Of a DNA stretch of 20,000 nt, positions 18,959 through 20,000 are shown piece by piece. The position numbers and the translations under genes were made by a program. The notes below the pieces were generated by a model that saw only the letters and a program-made list of their open reading frames with translations, ran no database searches and was not told the DNA's origin. Source of the DNA: Squalus acanthias (lineage: Eukaryota); contig JASTWF010000035.1 in NCBI GenBank assembly GCA_030390025.1, forward strand, positions 4,514,679 through 4,534,678, given 5' to 3'. Within the stretch, counting starts at the first letter, position 1. Each line of letters opens with the position of its first letter.

Positions 18959-20000
18959 GTGAGGCGGAGTCACTGGGGGGTGAGGCGGAGTCACTGGGGG
19001 TGAGGCGGAGTCACTGGGGGCGAGGCGGAGTCACTGGGGGGTGAGGCGGAGTCACTGGGGGGTGAGGCGGAGTCACTGGGGGCGAGGCGGAGTCACTGGG
19101 GGGTGAGGCGGAGTCACTGGGGGTGAGGCGGAGTCACTGGGGGTGAGGCGGAGTCACTGGGGGTGAGGCGGAGTCACTGGGGGTGAGGCGGAGTCACTGG
19201 GGGTGAGGGGGCGAGGCGGAGTCACTGGGGGTGAGGCGGAGTCACTGGGGGTAAGGGGGCGAGGCGGAGTCACTGGGGGTGAGGGGGCGAGGCGGAGTCA
19301 CTGGGGGTGAGGCGGAGTCACTGGGGGTGAGGCGGAGTCACTGGGGTGAGGGGGCGAGGCGGAGTCACTGGGGGTGAGGCGGAGTCACTGGGGGTGAGGC
19401 GGAGTCACTGGGGGTGAGGGGGCGAGGCGGAGTCACTGGGGGTGAGGGGGGCGAGGCGGAGTCACTGGGGGTGAGACGAAGTCACTGGGGGTGAGGGGGC
19501 GAGGCGGAGTCACTGGGGTTGAGACGAAGTCACTGGGGGTGAGGGGGCGAGGCGGAGTGGCGGAGTCACTGGGGTGAGGGGGCGAGGCGGAGTCACTGGG
19601 GTGAGGGGCGAGGGCGGAGTCACTGGGGTGAGGGGGCGAGGCGGAGTCACTGGGGGTGAGGGGGCGAGGCGGAGTCACTGGGGGTGAGGGGGCGAGGCGG
19701 AGTCACTGGGGGCGAGGGGGAGTCACTGGGCGAGGCGGAGTCACTGGGGCGAGGCGGAGTCACTGGGGGCAGGCGGAGTCACTGGGGGCGAGGCGGAGTC
19801 ACTGGGGCGAGGCGGAGTCACTGGGGGCGAGGCGGAGTCACTGGGGCGAGGCGGAGTCACTGGGGGCGAGCGGAGTCACTGGGGCGAGGCGAGTCACTGG
19901 GGCGAGGCGGAGTCACTGGGGGCGAGGCGGAGTCACTGGGGGCGAGGCGGAGTCACTGGGGGCGAGGCGGAGTCACTGGGGGTGAGGCGGAGTCACTGGG
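18959..20000 (+). repeat. G-rich ~20-bp minisatellite (GAGGCGGAGTCACTGGGGGT/C), runs off the window
   Basis: Dozens of tandem units with variable G-run length and an optional GAGGGGGC insert. Confidence 0.97.

Noticed and set aside
19433..19985. Pro-rich or Gly/Arg-rich ORFs
   Set aside because: Translations of the G-rich minisatellite.

Overview
Vertebrate genomic DNA, very probably from a cartilaginous fish (shark). This is inferred from the CR1 LINE, DeuSINE and Penelope repeat types recognised from memory, not from a database search. One host gene is visible on the minus strand: the terminal coding exon of DCTN1 (dynactin p150Glued, 10853-10716), with a ~1.2 kb 3'UTR and a poly(A) signal at 9504-9509. 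Most of the rest is nested transposable elements: many 5'-truncated CR1 LINEs, a second LINE family with a SINE sharing its tail, two TA-flanked Tc1/mariner(pogo/Tigger)-type MITEs, Penelope-derived palindromes with hammerhead-like motifs, and two tandem arrays (26 bp and ~20 bp). The last DCTN1 intron holds a four-element nest that includes a young CR1 with an uninterrupted endonuclease+RT ORF2. That ORF2 has no usable AUG, and a U-UUA-AAC slippery heptamer sits in frame at the end of ORF1, which suggests possible -1 ribosomal frameshifting. No prokaryotic systems or CRISPR arrays are present.
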